Source of the DNA: an uncultured Alphaproteobacteria bacterium
GTDB lineage: Bacteria > Pseudomonadota > Alphaproteobacteria > Micropepsales > Micropepsaceae
DNA: 64,000 nucleotides
Reading direction: 5' to 3'
NCBI GenBank assembly: GCA_963708555.1
Contig: CAVPTF010000014.1
Span: forward strand, 33,123 to 97,122
Shown: piece after piece, positions 9,657 to 19,759 of the stretch
Layout of the letters: each line of letters begins with the position of its first letter
How positions within the stretch are numbered: the stretch's first letter is position 1
The notes under the pieces: model-generated
What the model was told of the DNA's origin: nothing
Databases searched by the model: none
Seen by the model: the letters and a program-made list of their open reading frames with translations, nothing else
Made by a program: the position numbers and the translations under genes

Positions 9657-10611
9657 ATGGAGAAGCGGAAACTCGGCCGGTCGGGTCTCGAGGTCGCGCC
9701 CATCGTGTTCGGCGGCAACGTGTTCGGCTGGAGCGTCGATCAGGCGCGCGCGAACACGCTGCTCGATCGATTTGTCGATCTCGGCTTCAACGCCATCGAC
9801 ACGGCGAACTCCTATCCGCGCTGGGTTCCGGACAGTCTCGACGGCGAGTCCGAAATCATCATCGGCAAATGGCTGAAGACGAGCGGCAAACGCGACCGCG
9901 TTCTGATCTTCACCAAAGTGGGCTCCGAGATTTCGGCGGACAGGAAAGGCCTGTCGCGCCGTCATATCGTCGCCGAGTGCGAAGGCTCGCTGAAGCGGCT
10001 CGGGATCGACACGATCGATCTCTATCAGTCGCACCGGGATGACCTGTCCACACCGATGGAGGAGACGCTCACGGCCTATGCCGATCTGATCAAGGCGGGA
10101 AAGGTGCGCGCGATCGGCGCATCCAATTTCACGCGCGCAGCGTCTGAAGGAAGCTCATCGACACGTCGCGCCGTCTGAAGCTGCCGCGCTACGATACGCT
10201 GCAGCCGAAATACAATCTCTACGATCGGTCGGATTATGAAGGGCCGCTCGTCGGATCTCTGCGTCAAGGAAGAGATCGGCGTCATTCCGTATCTACGCGC
10301 TCGCGAATGGATTCCTCACCGGCAAGTATCGCGGGCCCGCGGATTTCGGAAAGAGCGCCGCGCGCGGAAGCCGCATGGGCAGCTATCTCAACGAGCGCGG
10401 CAAGCGCATTCTCGCGGCTCTCGATACCGTCTCGGCGAAGCACAAAGTGAAGCCCGCCGCGGTCGCACTCGCGTGGCTGATGTCGCGCCCGATGGTGATC
10501 CCGATCGCGAGCGCGACCAAACCCGAGCAGCTCGAAGATTTCGCCGATGCCGCAAGAATCCGGCTCGACCGCGACGATCTCGAACAACTGAACCTCGCCA
10601 GCGCGGGCTAG
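9657..10611 (+). pseudogene. aldo/keto reductase, four +1 frame changes
   Basis: A GGAGG RBS precedes MEKRKLGRSGLEVAPIVFGGNVFGW...IDTANSYP...IDLYQSHRDD...IGASNFT. The segments AQRLKEA / LIDTSRRLKLPRYDTLQPKYNLYDRSDYEGPL / DLCVKEEIGVIPY / ALANGFLTGKYRGPADFGKS...IPIASATKPEQLEDF then follow in frames 1, 2, 0, 1. Changes are near 10135, 10153, 10252 and 10295. Confidence 0.75.
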
Positions 10612-10692
10612 TACCTTCCTTGCTCGCGGAGGAAAGCCTAGACTAACGAGAACCAACAGAAATTCGATTGTTCATCGCGGGAGGACGCTTCC

Positions 10693-12180
10693 ATGCACGG
10701 CACGACGATCCCTTATTTCACCGGCAAGATGCTGATCGGCGGCGAGCTGGTCGAAAGCAAGGACGGCGGCTGGCTCGAATCGATCAATCCCGCGGACGAG
10801 ACGCAGCTTGGGCGCGTGCCGATGGGCACGGCCGCCGACATGGCGGCCGCCGTCGAAGCCGCGGAGAAGGCGCAGCCCGCGTGGGCCGCGCTCACCAATG
10901 CGCAGCGCGCCGACTACATCCACAAGCTCGGCGATGCGCTGATGGCGCGCCAGGAAGAGATCGCGCGCATCGAGTCGCTCGACACCGGCAACACGCTCGG
11001 GCCCATGAAGCGCGACGTGCGCACGGCCGTCGAGCGCATGCGGTTCGCCTGCGGCCTCGCCTACGAGATCAAGGGCGAGACCGTTCCTTCGACGCCCGGC
11101 AACATCCACATGACGATCCGCACGCCCTATGGCGTGATCGGCCGCATCATTCCGTTCAATCATCCGATCGGGTTTGCCGCGTCGCGCATCGCGCCCGCGA
11201 TCATCTCGGGCAACACCATCGTGGTGAAGCCGTCGGAGCAGAGCCCGCTGTCGTCGTCGATCTTGGGCGAGATCTGCAAGCAGATCATGCCGCCGGGCGT
11301 CGTCAACATCGTCACCGGCGGCCGCGAGACCGGCGAGACGCTCGTGCGTCATCCGCGCGTCAAGCGCATCGCGTTCATCGGCCAGCCGGCATCGGGCATG
11401 GCGATCCAGAAGGCGGCCGCCGAAACCGCGGTGAAACATGTGACGCTCGAACTGGGCGGCAAGAATCCGCTGATCGCGTTTCAAGATGCCGATATCGAGA
11501 AGGTCGCGCAATGCGCGGTCGGCGGGATGAATTTCGGCTGGCAGGGTCAGTCCTGCGGCTCGATGAGCCGCATCGTGCTGCATGAATCGATCCACGACGC
11601 GGTGCTCGAGAAGATTCTCGAGCGCGTGCGGAAGATCAAGGTCGGCCATCCGCTCGATCCGACGACGAACATGGGCCCGATCAACAACAAGCAGCAATAC
11701 GGCAAGGTGCAGTTCTATATCGATCTCGCCAAGAAGGAGGGCGCGAAGCTCCTGCATGGCGGCGGCGTGCCGCAAGGCGACGAGTTCAAGCGCGGCTATT
11801 GGGTCGAGCCGACCGTGTTCGGCGACGTCAACATGTCGATGCGCATCGCCAAGGAAGAAGTGTTCGGCCCGGTCATGTCGGTGCTGAAATTCTCGACCGA
11901 ATCCGAAGCGGTCACGATGGCCAACGGCATCGAGCTCGGGCTCACGGCGGCCGTCTGGACGAACGACATCAACCGCGCGATCCGCGTCGCGCAGGCGGTG
12001 CAGGCGGGCTACATCTGGATCAACGGCGTCGGCCAGCATTATCGCGGCGTGCCGTATGGCGGCTTCAAGAATTCCGGCGTCGGGCGCGAGGAGGGCATCA
12101 GCGAGCTCTTGAGCTACACCGAAGAGAAGGTGATCAACATCGTGCTCGGCGGCGGCGACTACAACCCGGCGGCGGGCTGA
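10693..12180 (+). CDS. NAD(P)-dependent aldehyde dehydrogenase family protein
   Basis: Intact 495-aa ORF with a GGGAGGA RBS. ALDH motifs are VTLELGGKNP (catalytic Glu) and GQSCGSMSR (catalytic Cys), with EEVFGPV near the C-terminus. No signal peptide. Confidence 0.9.
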   Translation: MHGTTIPYFTGKMLIGGELVESKDGGWLESINPADETQLGRVPMGTAADMAAAVEAAEKAQPAWAALTNAQRADYIHKLGDALMARQEEIARIESLDTGNTLGPMKRDVRTAVERMRFACGLAYEIKGETVPSTPGNIHMTIRTPYGVIGRIIPFNHPIGFAASRIAPAIISGNTIVVKPSEQSPLSSSILGEICKQIMPPGVVNIVTGGRETGETLVRHPRVKRIAFIGQPASGMAIQKAAAETAVKHVTLELGGKNPLIAFQDADIEKVAQCAVGGMNFGWQGQSCGSMSRIVLHESIHDAVLEKILERVRKIKVGHPLDPTTNMGPINNKQQYGKVQFYIDLAKKEGAKLLHGGGVPQGDEFKRGYWVEPTVFGDVNMSMRIAKEEVFGPVMSVLKFSTESEAVTMANGIELGLTAAVWTNDINRAIRVAQAVQAGYIWINGVGQHYRGVPYGGFKNSGVGREEGISELLSYTEEKVINIVLGGGDYNPAAG

Positions 12181-12195
12181 GCGGGAGCAAGCCCA

Positions 12196-13077
12196 ATGCT
12201 CGCCCGTCCGCGCGATCGCATCCTTGCGCTTCCCTTGATGGCGCTCGCCGCTGTCGGACTCGCCGGGTGCGAGCAGCCGACCGCGACGACATCGTCAACG
12301 CCTGCGGCGGCGACGCAATCGGAAGGTGTGCCGCCGCCGGAAGGCGAAGAGTATGGCGAGTTCCTCGCGCGTCCCGCCGAGCTTGCCGCCGTTCCGACCA
12401 ACGACATCATGAAGTCGCTGCGTCTGTCCTCGTCCGCCAAGACGGTCGGCATGGACGTGTACAATCGTGCTTGCGCGTCGTGCCACGGGGCCGATCTGAA
12501 GGGCTTGCGCGAGCAAGGCACGCCCGATCTCACCGATGCCAATTGGCGATTTGCCGGAGATGACGCGACGACGGGAGGCGGCACGATATACCCGTCCGAC
12601 ATCGAATGGACGGTGCGCTACGGCATCCGCTCGGGACACGAAAATGCCCGCGGCCGCGAAGCGAACATGGTCGCGTTCGATCCGCGATATCGCCACGAGG
12701 AGGACAGGGCGATTTACGGCGGCAGGCGGTTCCTCACGAACGGCGAGATCGACGATGTCGTCGAGTATGTGCTCAAGATCAGCGGGCAGCAGGCGGACGA
12801 GGCCAAGGCCGCGCGCGGCGACGAGCTGTTCCACGACGGCACCAGGGGCAACTGCAACGACTGTCACGAGAACGATGGCGTCGGAAACCTGGCGCTGGGC
12901 TCGACGAACCTGACGCGGCCCGAGCTCTATCTCTACGGCTCGGATCGGGCGTCGATCCTCGAATCGATCGTGCGCGGGCGCCGCGGCACGATGCCTGCGT
13001 TCGAAGGCCAGCTGAAGCCGGAGGAGATCAAGGCGGTCGCGATCTACCTCTATTACCGCGCGCTTCCGCCGCCGTAG
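12196..13077 (+). CDS. dihaem c-type cytochrome lipoprotein (CcoP-like soluble domains)
   Basis: Lipobox LAGC after MLARPRDRILALPLMALAAVG. Two haem motifs, CASCH and CNDCH, with MPAF near the end. It starts 16 nt after the ALDH stop. Confidence 0.8.
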   Translation: MLARPRDRILALPLMALAAVGLAGCEQPTATTSSTPAAATQSEGVPPPEGEEYGEFLARPAELAAVPTNDIMKSLRLSSSAKTVGMDVYNRACASCHGADLKGLREQGTPDLTDANWRFAGDDATTGGGTIYPSDIEWTVRYGIRSGHENARGREANMVAFDPRYRHEEDRAIYGGRRFLTNGEIDDVVEYVLKISGQQADEAKAARGDELFHDGTRGNCNDCHENDGVGNLALGSTNLTRPELYLYGSDRASILESIVRGRRGTMPAFEGQLKPEEIKAVAIYLYYRALPPP

Positions 13078-13085
13078 CCCCAGTC

Positions 13086-13574
13086 ATGATCGCCGTTCGC
13101 CTTGCGACGATGGACGATGCGGAAATTATCGCGCGTCAAACATCGACAGTTCAACAGCTGCACACCGATGCCCTGCCGGACATCTTCAGGCCGCCCTCCG
13201 CCGATCTGTTTCCTGCGCAGAAACTGGCGGCGTTGCTTCAGGATCCCGATTCAGTGGTCGCCGTGGCGGAGCTGGATGGCAGGATTGTCGGCCACATCTA
13301 CGGTGCGATCGCGAGACGCGCTGAAAACGCGTTCAACTGGCCCGGCTCGCACATCTACATCCATCAGATCGGTGTCGATGACGCGGCTCACCGCCAGGGC
13401 GTGGGCACTGCACTGGTCGCGTTCGTCCTGGATAGAGCTCGGGCCATGGGCGTGACGGCCGTGCACGTCGATCACTGGGCGTTCAACACGCGCGCGGCGA
13501 GCTTCTTCGAGGCGTGCGGATTCCGGCCCATGAAAATCGTGATGCGCCAGACGCTGAAGGACGCTGCAGCCTAG
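13086..13574 (+). CDS. GNAT-family N-acetyltransferase
   Basis: MIAVRLATMDDAEIIA...IHQIGVDDAAHRQGVGTALVAFVLDRARAMGV matches the acetyl-CoA binding Q/RxxGxG/A motif. ATG 13086 lies within track ORF 12606..13574. Confidence 0.8.
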   Translation: MIAVRLATMDDAEIIARQTSTVQQLHTDALPDIFRPPSADLFPAQKLAALLQDPDSVVAVAELDGRIVGHIYGAIARRAENAFNWPGSHIYIHQIGVDDAAHRQGVGTALVAFVLDRARAMGVTAVHVDHWAFNTRAASFFEACGFRPMKIVMRQTLKDAAA

Positions 13575-15919
13575 AACCGCCGCGACAGCCAAAGGACGCC
13601 GGTCACGGCGTTCTGTCCGCGCACGTGATTGGCATCGATGGCGTAAGCGACGCTGGTGGTGAGATCCCAATCCGCGAGCGCGAAACGGTATGCGGTCTCG
13701 AGGTCGAACTCGCGCCCCGACGGCGTCAGCGAGGATTGGACCGGCATCATGATCACCGCTCCCGTCGCGCGGTCGACCGCACCGCCGGTCATCAGAGACG
13801 ACACGCGCTTCTTCCACTCTCAGCGGTTGCCCGACGGCGATGGCAAGCGCATCGCCGCGCGCGAACAGGTTCTTGCCGGCGACGCCGAACGAGACGCTGG
13901 TCGCATAAACCGGTCCGAGCGACGCGACGAGGCTCGATCCCGGATGCTGCGCGCCCGAAGCGGCGACGGTCAGCGACGTTTTCAGCGACCAGCGGTCATC
14001 GAGCGCGGTTTCCGATGTCGCCGTCGCCCACATCGTTGTGGCCTGCTCGCTCAGCCTCAGTCCGCCTCCCGCGAGCGTGCCGAACACGCCGCCCTCTTCG
14101 ACGAGCGCGCCGAGCTCGAAACCGAACTGCGAGCGTCCGGCGTCGTGGTCGACACGCAGAGCGGCCGAATGCGTCCAATTGTCGGGCGCAAATCCCGCGC
14201 CGTCATACGTGTCGCGCAGCTGATCCTCGGCGATGCCGAGCGTGACGCCGGTGTCATCGTTGAGCGCAACGCGAGCCGTCGCGAATGCGCCGCGGCCCGA
14301 GCCGATCGCCGGGAAGAACGCGCCCGTCAACGACATCGCGGTGAACGGATCGTCGGCTTCGCGCGGCGACAGCGCCTCGCGCAGCGACAGGCCCGTGCCG
14401 GCGCTCCAGTTCGTGCCGTTGCTCGTGCCGGAGAACTGGAACACGGTTTCGTGCGAGTGGATGTCTTCGGCGCCGTTGAGCGACCGGAACGCGTTGATGG
14501 CGTCCGTGCGGTCCTCGCGCAGCATGTAGGAGAACTGTGCGTCGTGACCGACATCGTAGCTCGCGCTGCGCCAGCGGAAGCGCTGCTCCATCACGCCGAA
14601 CAGGTCGGGCATGTTGGGCCGCGAATACACGGCGCGCGACGCATCCGCGGTGAAATCGCGGCCGAAGCCGTCGAGGATCGTCACTTGCGACAAGCGCCGC
14701 GCGGAACGAAGGTGCATCGCCGAAGGCGGGTGAGAGCACGATCCCGGTCGCGTAGAGCGAAGGCGCAGCGCCGCTCGCGACCGCAACGGTGCTCGTGCCC
14801 ATGGGCTGAAGCGCCACTTGCACGTTGAGCAGGCCGTGCCCGTAGATCGCGTCGACGCCGGCGGGTCCCAAGTCGGTGGCCGACTGGAACAGGATGTCCG
14901 CGATTTCACGGCCGGTCAGCGCTCGGCCAACGGTCGAGGATCAGTGCGGCCGCGCCCGAAATCATCGGCGCCGAAAACGAGGTTCCCTGACCGACGCCCA
15001 GGCCGCCCATCCAAAGCACGGTGATCTCTTCGCCGGGCGCGACCATGTAGTGGTCTCTCGCATTGCCCGCGCGATTGGAGAACGACGAGATCTGGTTGTT
15101 CGCATCGACCGATCCCGCGATGATGAACGCGCCGGGTCCGGTCGTCAGCTTGTTGATCGCGCTCAGCTCCGCGATGATGTCCTGGTTGGACAGCGACGGA
15201 TTGGCTCCGCCGGAATTGCCGGCCGAGGCGACGAGCAGCGCGCCGTTGGCGACCGCCTGCGTCGGGGACGCAACCACGTAACCCTCGCTCACCTGCGGCG
15301 GGTTCGGGATGATGTCGCCCGTGTCGTAGCCGAACGAGACGTTGAGGATCTTGGCGCCGCGGCTTGTGATGTACGCCCACGGATCCGACACGTGATAGAG
15401 CACGCCGCCTTGAGAAATCTGCGTCTCGTTGACGTTCGAGAAATAGTCGACCGCGAGCACCCGCGCATCGAAGGCGATGCCGTGGACGAGCGTGTCGTCC
15501 TTCTTCGCGGCGATAAGGCCGGCTATCGCGTGACCGTGCGGCGTCGTGTCGGCCGGTTCGCCGATCTGCGCTTCGTAGAGCGCGATGGCCTGCGCATTCG
15601 GCCCGACGCTGTCCGGGTGATAATTGACGTCGGACGAACCGAGCTGGAAATTGAAATCGACGACGCCGACGATCACGCCCGCGCCGGTGTAGCCCAGCGC
15701 ATAGGCATCCGCGGCGTGCACTTGGTCGAGCGCGCCCATCCGGTTGTACTCGCTCGTGCGGAAGCTGTCGGCGTTCGGCGCCGGCGGCGGCGGTGGTGGA
15801 GGGGGCGGCAGCGGACCTGGCGGCTGCACTTGCGGCATACCGCCACCTCCACCGCCGCCGCCGCAGCCGAGCAGCAGGGCAGAGAGCGCCACAGTTCCAA
15901 GCGCCGATCTCACTCTCAT
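13571..15919 (-). pseudogene. S8 (subtilisin-like) serine protease autotransporter, about 3 frame changes
   Basis: MRVRSALGTVALSALLLGC (lipobox) is followed by G8 and P-rich tracts. The S8 triad contexts are GVVDFNF, HGHAIAG and GTSFSAPMISGAAAL. The C-terminal beta-barrel ends ...AVTGVLWLSRRF*. Segments sit in three frames, with changes near 14920, 14695 and 13810. Confidence 0.75.
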
Positions 15920-16133
15920 GGTATCGCCAGACAAGAATCGGCACGGCCGCAACGCCCGCGCGGGGCGCCGCCGCACCGTTCTGCCTCCCCTCCGTCAGAA
16001 CGCGAGCCCTATACTACCGGACGGAGTTTGCGCCCGTGCAAAGGGGGAGGGGAAAATTTGAGGGGTCGGCCCGGCTTGGCATCTTAGGCCGGATCGCCTA
16101 TAAGCCCGGCCTTCGTCGAAAGAGGCGTCCGCC

Positions 16134-16358
16134 ATGAAAAAGGGCATTCACCCCGACTATCACTTCGTCAACGTCGTGCTGAACGACGGCACGAGCTATC
16201 GGACGCGCACGACCTGGGGTGAGCCCGACGCCAAGCTCACGCTGGACATCGACCCCTCCACGCATCCGGCGTGGACCGGCGGCCAGCAGAACCTCCTCGA
16301 CCGGGGCGGCCGCCTGACGCGATTCAACAAGAAATTCAAGGGCTTCGTTAAGGGCTGA
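16134..16358 (+). CDS. rpmE: 50S ribosomal protein L31
   Basis: [29 protein letters not shown]...[10 protein letters not shown], a recognisable L31 sequence. Confidence 0.95.
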   Translation: MKKGIHPDYHFVNVVLNDGTSYRTRTTWGEPDAKLTLDIDPSTHPAWTGGQQNLLDRGGRLTRFNKKFKGFVKG

Positions 16359-16388
16359 TCGGCCATTGGCCGCGCCTGGCGCGCGGCT

Positions 16389-16910
16389 CTATCCGTCCGC
16401 CTGACCGAAGGCGGCTTCAAGCATCGCGAATTGCGTCTTCAAGCCGTCCCGCTGCTCGCCTTGGCGGAACAGCACATCGTCGAGCCTGGCGACGCGCCGG
16501 TAGAGGCTGTCGCTGCGCTCGAGCAGTTCGACGAGCTTCTTCGGCAGTTGCTCGACCCCATCGTCGCGCTTGCCGAGACAGATTTCGCGCGCGCCCAGGC
16601 GATAGCGGTCCGACGCCGCGTCCTCGGCGGTCATGTCGCCCTCATGCACCGCGCGCTGAATGAGCAGCCAGCTTGCGGCCTGCATCAATCGCGTCGTCAC
16701 CCGCATCGACTCGCCCGCATAGACGAGCGCGATCTTCCGCGGCAGCGCGCGGGATTCATCGCGGCCGCGGCCGTCGAGGTAGCGTGCGCATTCCTCGACC
16801 AGTTCCATTCCTTCGTCGAAAGTGCGCTCGAACAGCGCGGATGCTGCGAACGTCTGGAGGGACATACCCTTCAACGCATCGTAGTCAGGCAACTCGGCGC
16901 TCATGGGCAT
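16389..16910 (-). CDS. rcdA: DUF1465 family protein (RcdA-type regulator of CtrA degradation)
   Basis: 173-aa ORF (...FERTFDEGMELVEECARYLDGRG...RVTTRLMQAASWLLIQRAV...) that matches the alphaproteobacterial RcdA/DUF1465 pattern from memory. Confidence 0.65.
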   Translation of the reverse strand: MPMSAELPDYDALKGMSLQTFAASALFERTFDEGMELVEECARYLDGRGRDESRALPRKIALVYAGESMRVTTRLMQAASWLLIQRAVHEGDMTAEDAASDRYRLGAREICLGKRDDGVEQLPKKLVELLERSDSLYRRVARLDDVLFRQGEQRDGLKTQFAMLEAAFGQADG

Positions 16911-17016
16911 CCCCCGGAAGACTTGCAGGCTAGCAAGTCAAAGAGATCGAGCATAGCGGCGCGTACAAAAACTATTGAATAAGGTTACTGACGTTAACTC
17001 TTCTTAACGGCGTGCC

Positions 17017-17214
17017 TCACCGTTTGAAGAATGAATCGGCAGCGTTCTTCGTCGCCGCGCGCGAACGCAGCGCTTCGCGTGAACGGACGATCTCCGCCTC
17101 GAGGGTTGCGATGCGCGCTTCGAGTTCATGAGCCGACATGGCGGAGAGATCCTCGCCCAATATGGTCTGCGGTTTGGGCTTGCGCGGCGCGAGCTCGTCG
17201 AGATCAATGGCCAT
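17017..17214 (-). CDS. DUF1192 domain-containing protein
   Basis: MAIDLDELAPRKPKPQTILGEDLSAMSAHELEARIATLEAEIVRSREALRSRAATKNAADSFFKR. The coiled-coil small protein is typical of DUF1192. The start is internal to track ORF 17017..17367. Confidence 0.7.
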   Translation of the reverse strand: MAIDLDELAPRKPKPQTILGEDLSAMSAHELEARIATLEAEIVRSREALRSRAATKNAADSFFKR

Positions 17215-17282
17215 GGCGCGTTCCTTGACTTTGTTGCATGAATTTTGGCACACGCCGAAACCACCTGAAAGAAAATCGAGCC

Positions 17283-18275
17283 ATGACCCTACCCAAGACA
17301 ATGACCGCCATCGCGATCGAAGGCGGAAAAGGCGGTCCCCTCGTTCCGACCGAAATTGCCGTGCCAACGCCTGGCCCGGGCCAGATCCTGATGAAGGTCA
17401 AGGCGGGCGGTGTGAACCGCGCCGATCTGCTTCAGGTGCTGGGCAATCACCCGCCGCCGCCCGGCGCGCCATCGACGCCGGGCCTGGAGGCTGCGGGAAC
17501 CGTCGCCGCGCTTGGCCCCGGCGTCTCCGGATGGACGGTGGGCGATGAGATCTGCGCGCTCCTTGGCGGCGGCGGCTACGCGGAGTATGCGATCGCGACC
17601 GAGGCCTGCGTCCTGCCCGTGCCGAAGGGCGTGTCGCTGCTCGATGCGGGCGGCGTTCCGGAAGTCTACTTCACGGTGTGGAGCAACGTGTTCGACGTCG
17701 CGCGTCTGCAACCGGGCGAGACGTTTCTCGTCCATGGCGGATCGAGCGGCATCGGCACGGCCGCGATACAACTCATGACGGCGCGCGGTCATCGCGTGTT
17801 CACGACGGCGGGAAGCGATGAGAAATGCGCAGCCTGCGTGAAGCTCGGTGCCGTGCGTGCGATCAACTACCGGACCGAAGATTTCGTCGAAATCGTCAAA
17901 GCCGAAACAAACGGCAAGGGCGTCGACGTGATCCTCGACATGGTCGGCGGCGACTACGTGATGCGCAATGTCAATTCGCTCGCGCGCGCAGGACGCATGG
18001 TCAACATCGCCTACATGAAAGGCGCCAAGGTCGAGGTCGATTTCCGCATCGTGCAGAACCGCCTGTTGAGCATGTCAGCCACCGGGCTTCGCGGACGTCC
18101 GGAGAGCGAGAAGGGCAAGATCCGTGACGCCCTCCGCCGGGAGGTTTGGCCGCTGTTCGACGCGGGCAAGTTGCACGCGGTGACCGACCGGGTCATGCCG
18201 CTTGCGAAGGCTCAGGCTGCCCATGATTTGATGCGGGAAAGCAGCCATATCGGCAAGATTCTGCTCGCGCCTTGA
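17283..18275 (+). CDS. NAD(P)H:quinone oxidoreductase (zinc-independent MDR family)
   Basis: MTLPKTMTAIAIEGG...GVNRADLLQ...PGLEAAGTV...LVHGGSSGIGTAAIQL carries the Rossmann GxxGxxG motif. ATG 17283 lies within track ORF 17238..18275. Confidence 0.8.
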   Translation: MTLPKTMTAIAIEGGKGGPLVPTEIAVPTPGPGQILMKVKAGGVNRADLLQVLGNHPPPPGAPSTPGLEAAGTVAALGPGVSGWTVGDEICALLGGGGYAEYAIATEACVLPVPKGVSLLDAGGVPEVYFTVWSNVFDVARLQPGETFLVHGGSSGIGTAAIQLMTARGHRVFTTAGSDEKCAACVKLGAVRAINYRTEDFVEIVKAETNGKGVDVILDMVGGDYVMRNVNSLARAGRMVNIAYMKGAKVEVDFRIVQNRLLSMSATGLRGRPESEKGKIRDALRREVWPLFDAGKLHAVTDRVMPLAKAQAAHDLMRESSHIGKILLAP

Positions 18276-18392
18276 GCATTAGGCCTTCCCCTTAACGCCG
18301 TTCCCGATTAGAAGAAAAGCCTTCCTCGAAAGGATGATACTTTTGAGAGCGGGGTGAGGTGCTGAACAGCCTTACCCGAAAAGGAAAAGCCT

Positions 18393-19013
18393 ATGTCCGA
18401 CAAGCCCCTGATGCCCAAGGCCACCGCCGTGTGGCTGATCGAGAACACCTCGCTGACCTTCGAGCAGATCGCCGATTTCTGCGGCATCCATCCGCTCGAA
18501 GTGAAGGGCATCGCCGACGAAGACGTCGCCAAGGGGATCAAGGGTATCGACCCGGTTGCGACCGGTCAGCTGACGCACGAGCAGATCGAGCAGGCCGAGA
18601 AGAATCCCGACCTGAAGCTCAGCATGGCGCCTCCGAAGTACCGGATGCCTCACGTGAAGGCCAAGAAGACGCCGCGCTACACGCCGGTCTCGAAGCGCCA
18701 GGACAAGCCCGATGCCATCTACTGGATCCTTCGCAACCATCCCGAGTTGACCGATGCCGACATCATGAAGCTGATCGGCACGACGAAGGCGACGATCGCA
18801 AAGATCCGCGAGCGCGGTCACTGGAACTCGCAGAACATCAAGGCGGTCGATCCCGTCACGCTCGGACTCTGCACGCAGATCGAGCTCGATTTCATCGTGG
18901 CGCGGGCAGCCAACCGCAAGCCGCGCGTCTCACGCAAGCCGGGCGAGACGTTGAAGACCGTCGAGGAAACGACCGCCGGCCTCACGCCGCCCGCGGACGA
19001 GCCGAAGCACTAA
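18393..19013 (+). CDS. trcR: DUF1013 domain protein (TrcR-type cell-cycle transcriptional regulator)
   Basis: MSDKPLMPKATAVWLIENTSLTFEQIADFCGIHPLEVKGIADEDVAKGIKGIDP... is the highly conserved alphaproteobacterial DUF1013 N-terminus. Confidence 0.75.
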   Translation: MSDKPLMPKATAVWLIENTSLTFEQIADFCGIHPLEVKGIADEDVAKGIKGIDPVATGQLTHEQIEQAEKNPDLKLSMAPPKYRMPHVKAKKTPRYTPVSKRQDKPDAIYWILRNHPELTDADIMKLIGTTKATIAKIRERGHWNSQNIKAVDPVTLGLCTQIELDFIVARAANRKPRVSRKPGETLKTVEETTAGLTPPADEPKH

Positions 19014-19016
19014 CCG

Positions 19017-19634
19017 CTAAAGCACGAACGCCGCGAGCACGAAGCCGAAGACGATCGTCGCGAAGGCGATGAAGATCATCAGCTCCAGCCGCTTCTCGAT
19101 GAAATCGCGGATCGGCTCCCCGTAAAAGTAGAGCAGCGTCGCCCACAGCGTGAAACGCGCGCCGCGCGTGATCACCGATAAGAGCACGAACATCGGAAAG
19201 CTGTAGCCGGCGAAGCCCGACATGATGGTCACGAGCTTGTAGGGGATCGGGCTCACCCCCTTGATCAGGATCACCCACGAGCCCCATTCCGCGTAGAAGG
19301 CGCGGAACTCTTCCACCCGCTCGCCATAGCCGTAGAGCGAGATCAGCCACTGGCCGACGGTGTCGTAGAGATACGCGCCGATGACATAGCCGAGCATGCC
19401 GCCCAGAACCGAGGCCAGCGTGCACCACGCCGCGAGCAGGAACGCGCGCTTGCGGTCGGCCAGCACCATCGGGATCAACATCACGTCGGGGGCGATCGGG
19501 AAGAAGGAACTTTCCGCAAACGAGACGCCGAACAGCGCCGCCCAGGCGTAGCGCCCTTGCGCGTTCGCCATCACCCAATCGTAGAGCCCGCGCATGAAGC
19601 CGCGGCGTTTTACGGTTCCGACGTCGTTGGACAT
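19017..19634 (-). CDS. YqaA/DedA-family membrane protein
   Basis: Polytopic protein with the ...SFAESSFFPIAPDVMLIPMVLA... motif characteristic of SNARE-associated/DedA-like proteins. Confidence 0.7.
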   Translation of the reverse strand: MSNDVGTVKRRGFMRGLYDWVMANAQGRYAWAALFGVSFAESSFFPIAPDVMLIPMVLADRKRAFLLAAWCTLASVLGGMLGYVIGAYLYDTVGQWLISLYGYGERVEEFRAFYAEWGSWVILIKGVSPIPYKLVTIMSGFAGYSFPMFVLLSVITRGARFTLWATLLYFYGEPIRDFIEKRLELMIFIAFATIVFGFVLAAFVL

Positions 19635-19759
19635 GACGGCCTTCTAGCAGCAGGGCGCGGGAACTCAAACTCCGGTCCCTGCACGGTTTCAGGATAATCC
19701 AGGCCAATCATGGCAAAATTCTACTGTCGAAATGATAACAGGCGGCCGCATTACCCGTC

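Noticed and set aside
10672-12039. Long antisense or alternative-frame ORFs, e.g. 10672..12039(-), 2531..4315(-), 33251..34600(+), 38382..39275(-), 44363..45310(+), 44874..46517(+), 56236..57336(-) and 58484..60499(+)
   Set aside because: They are typical high-GC shadow ORFs. They show Arg/Ala/Gly/Pro-biased low-complexity translations and no recognisable motifs, and they fully overlap well-supported genes.
16994-17008. A CtrA box upstream of rcdA (TTAACTCTTCTTAAC)
   Set aside because: The spacing is TTAA-N6-TTAAC, one nt short of the TTAA-N7-TTAAC consensus. It could become relevant only if an indel error lies here.
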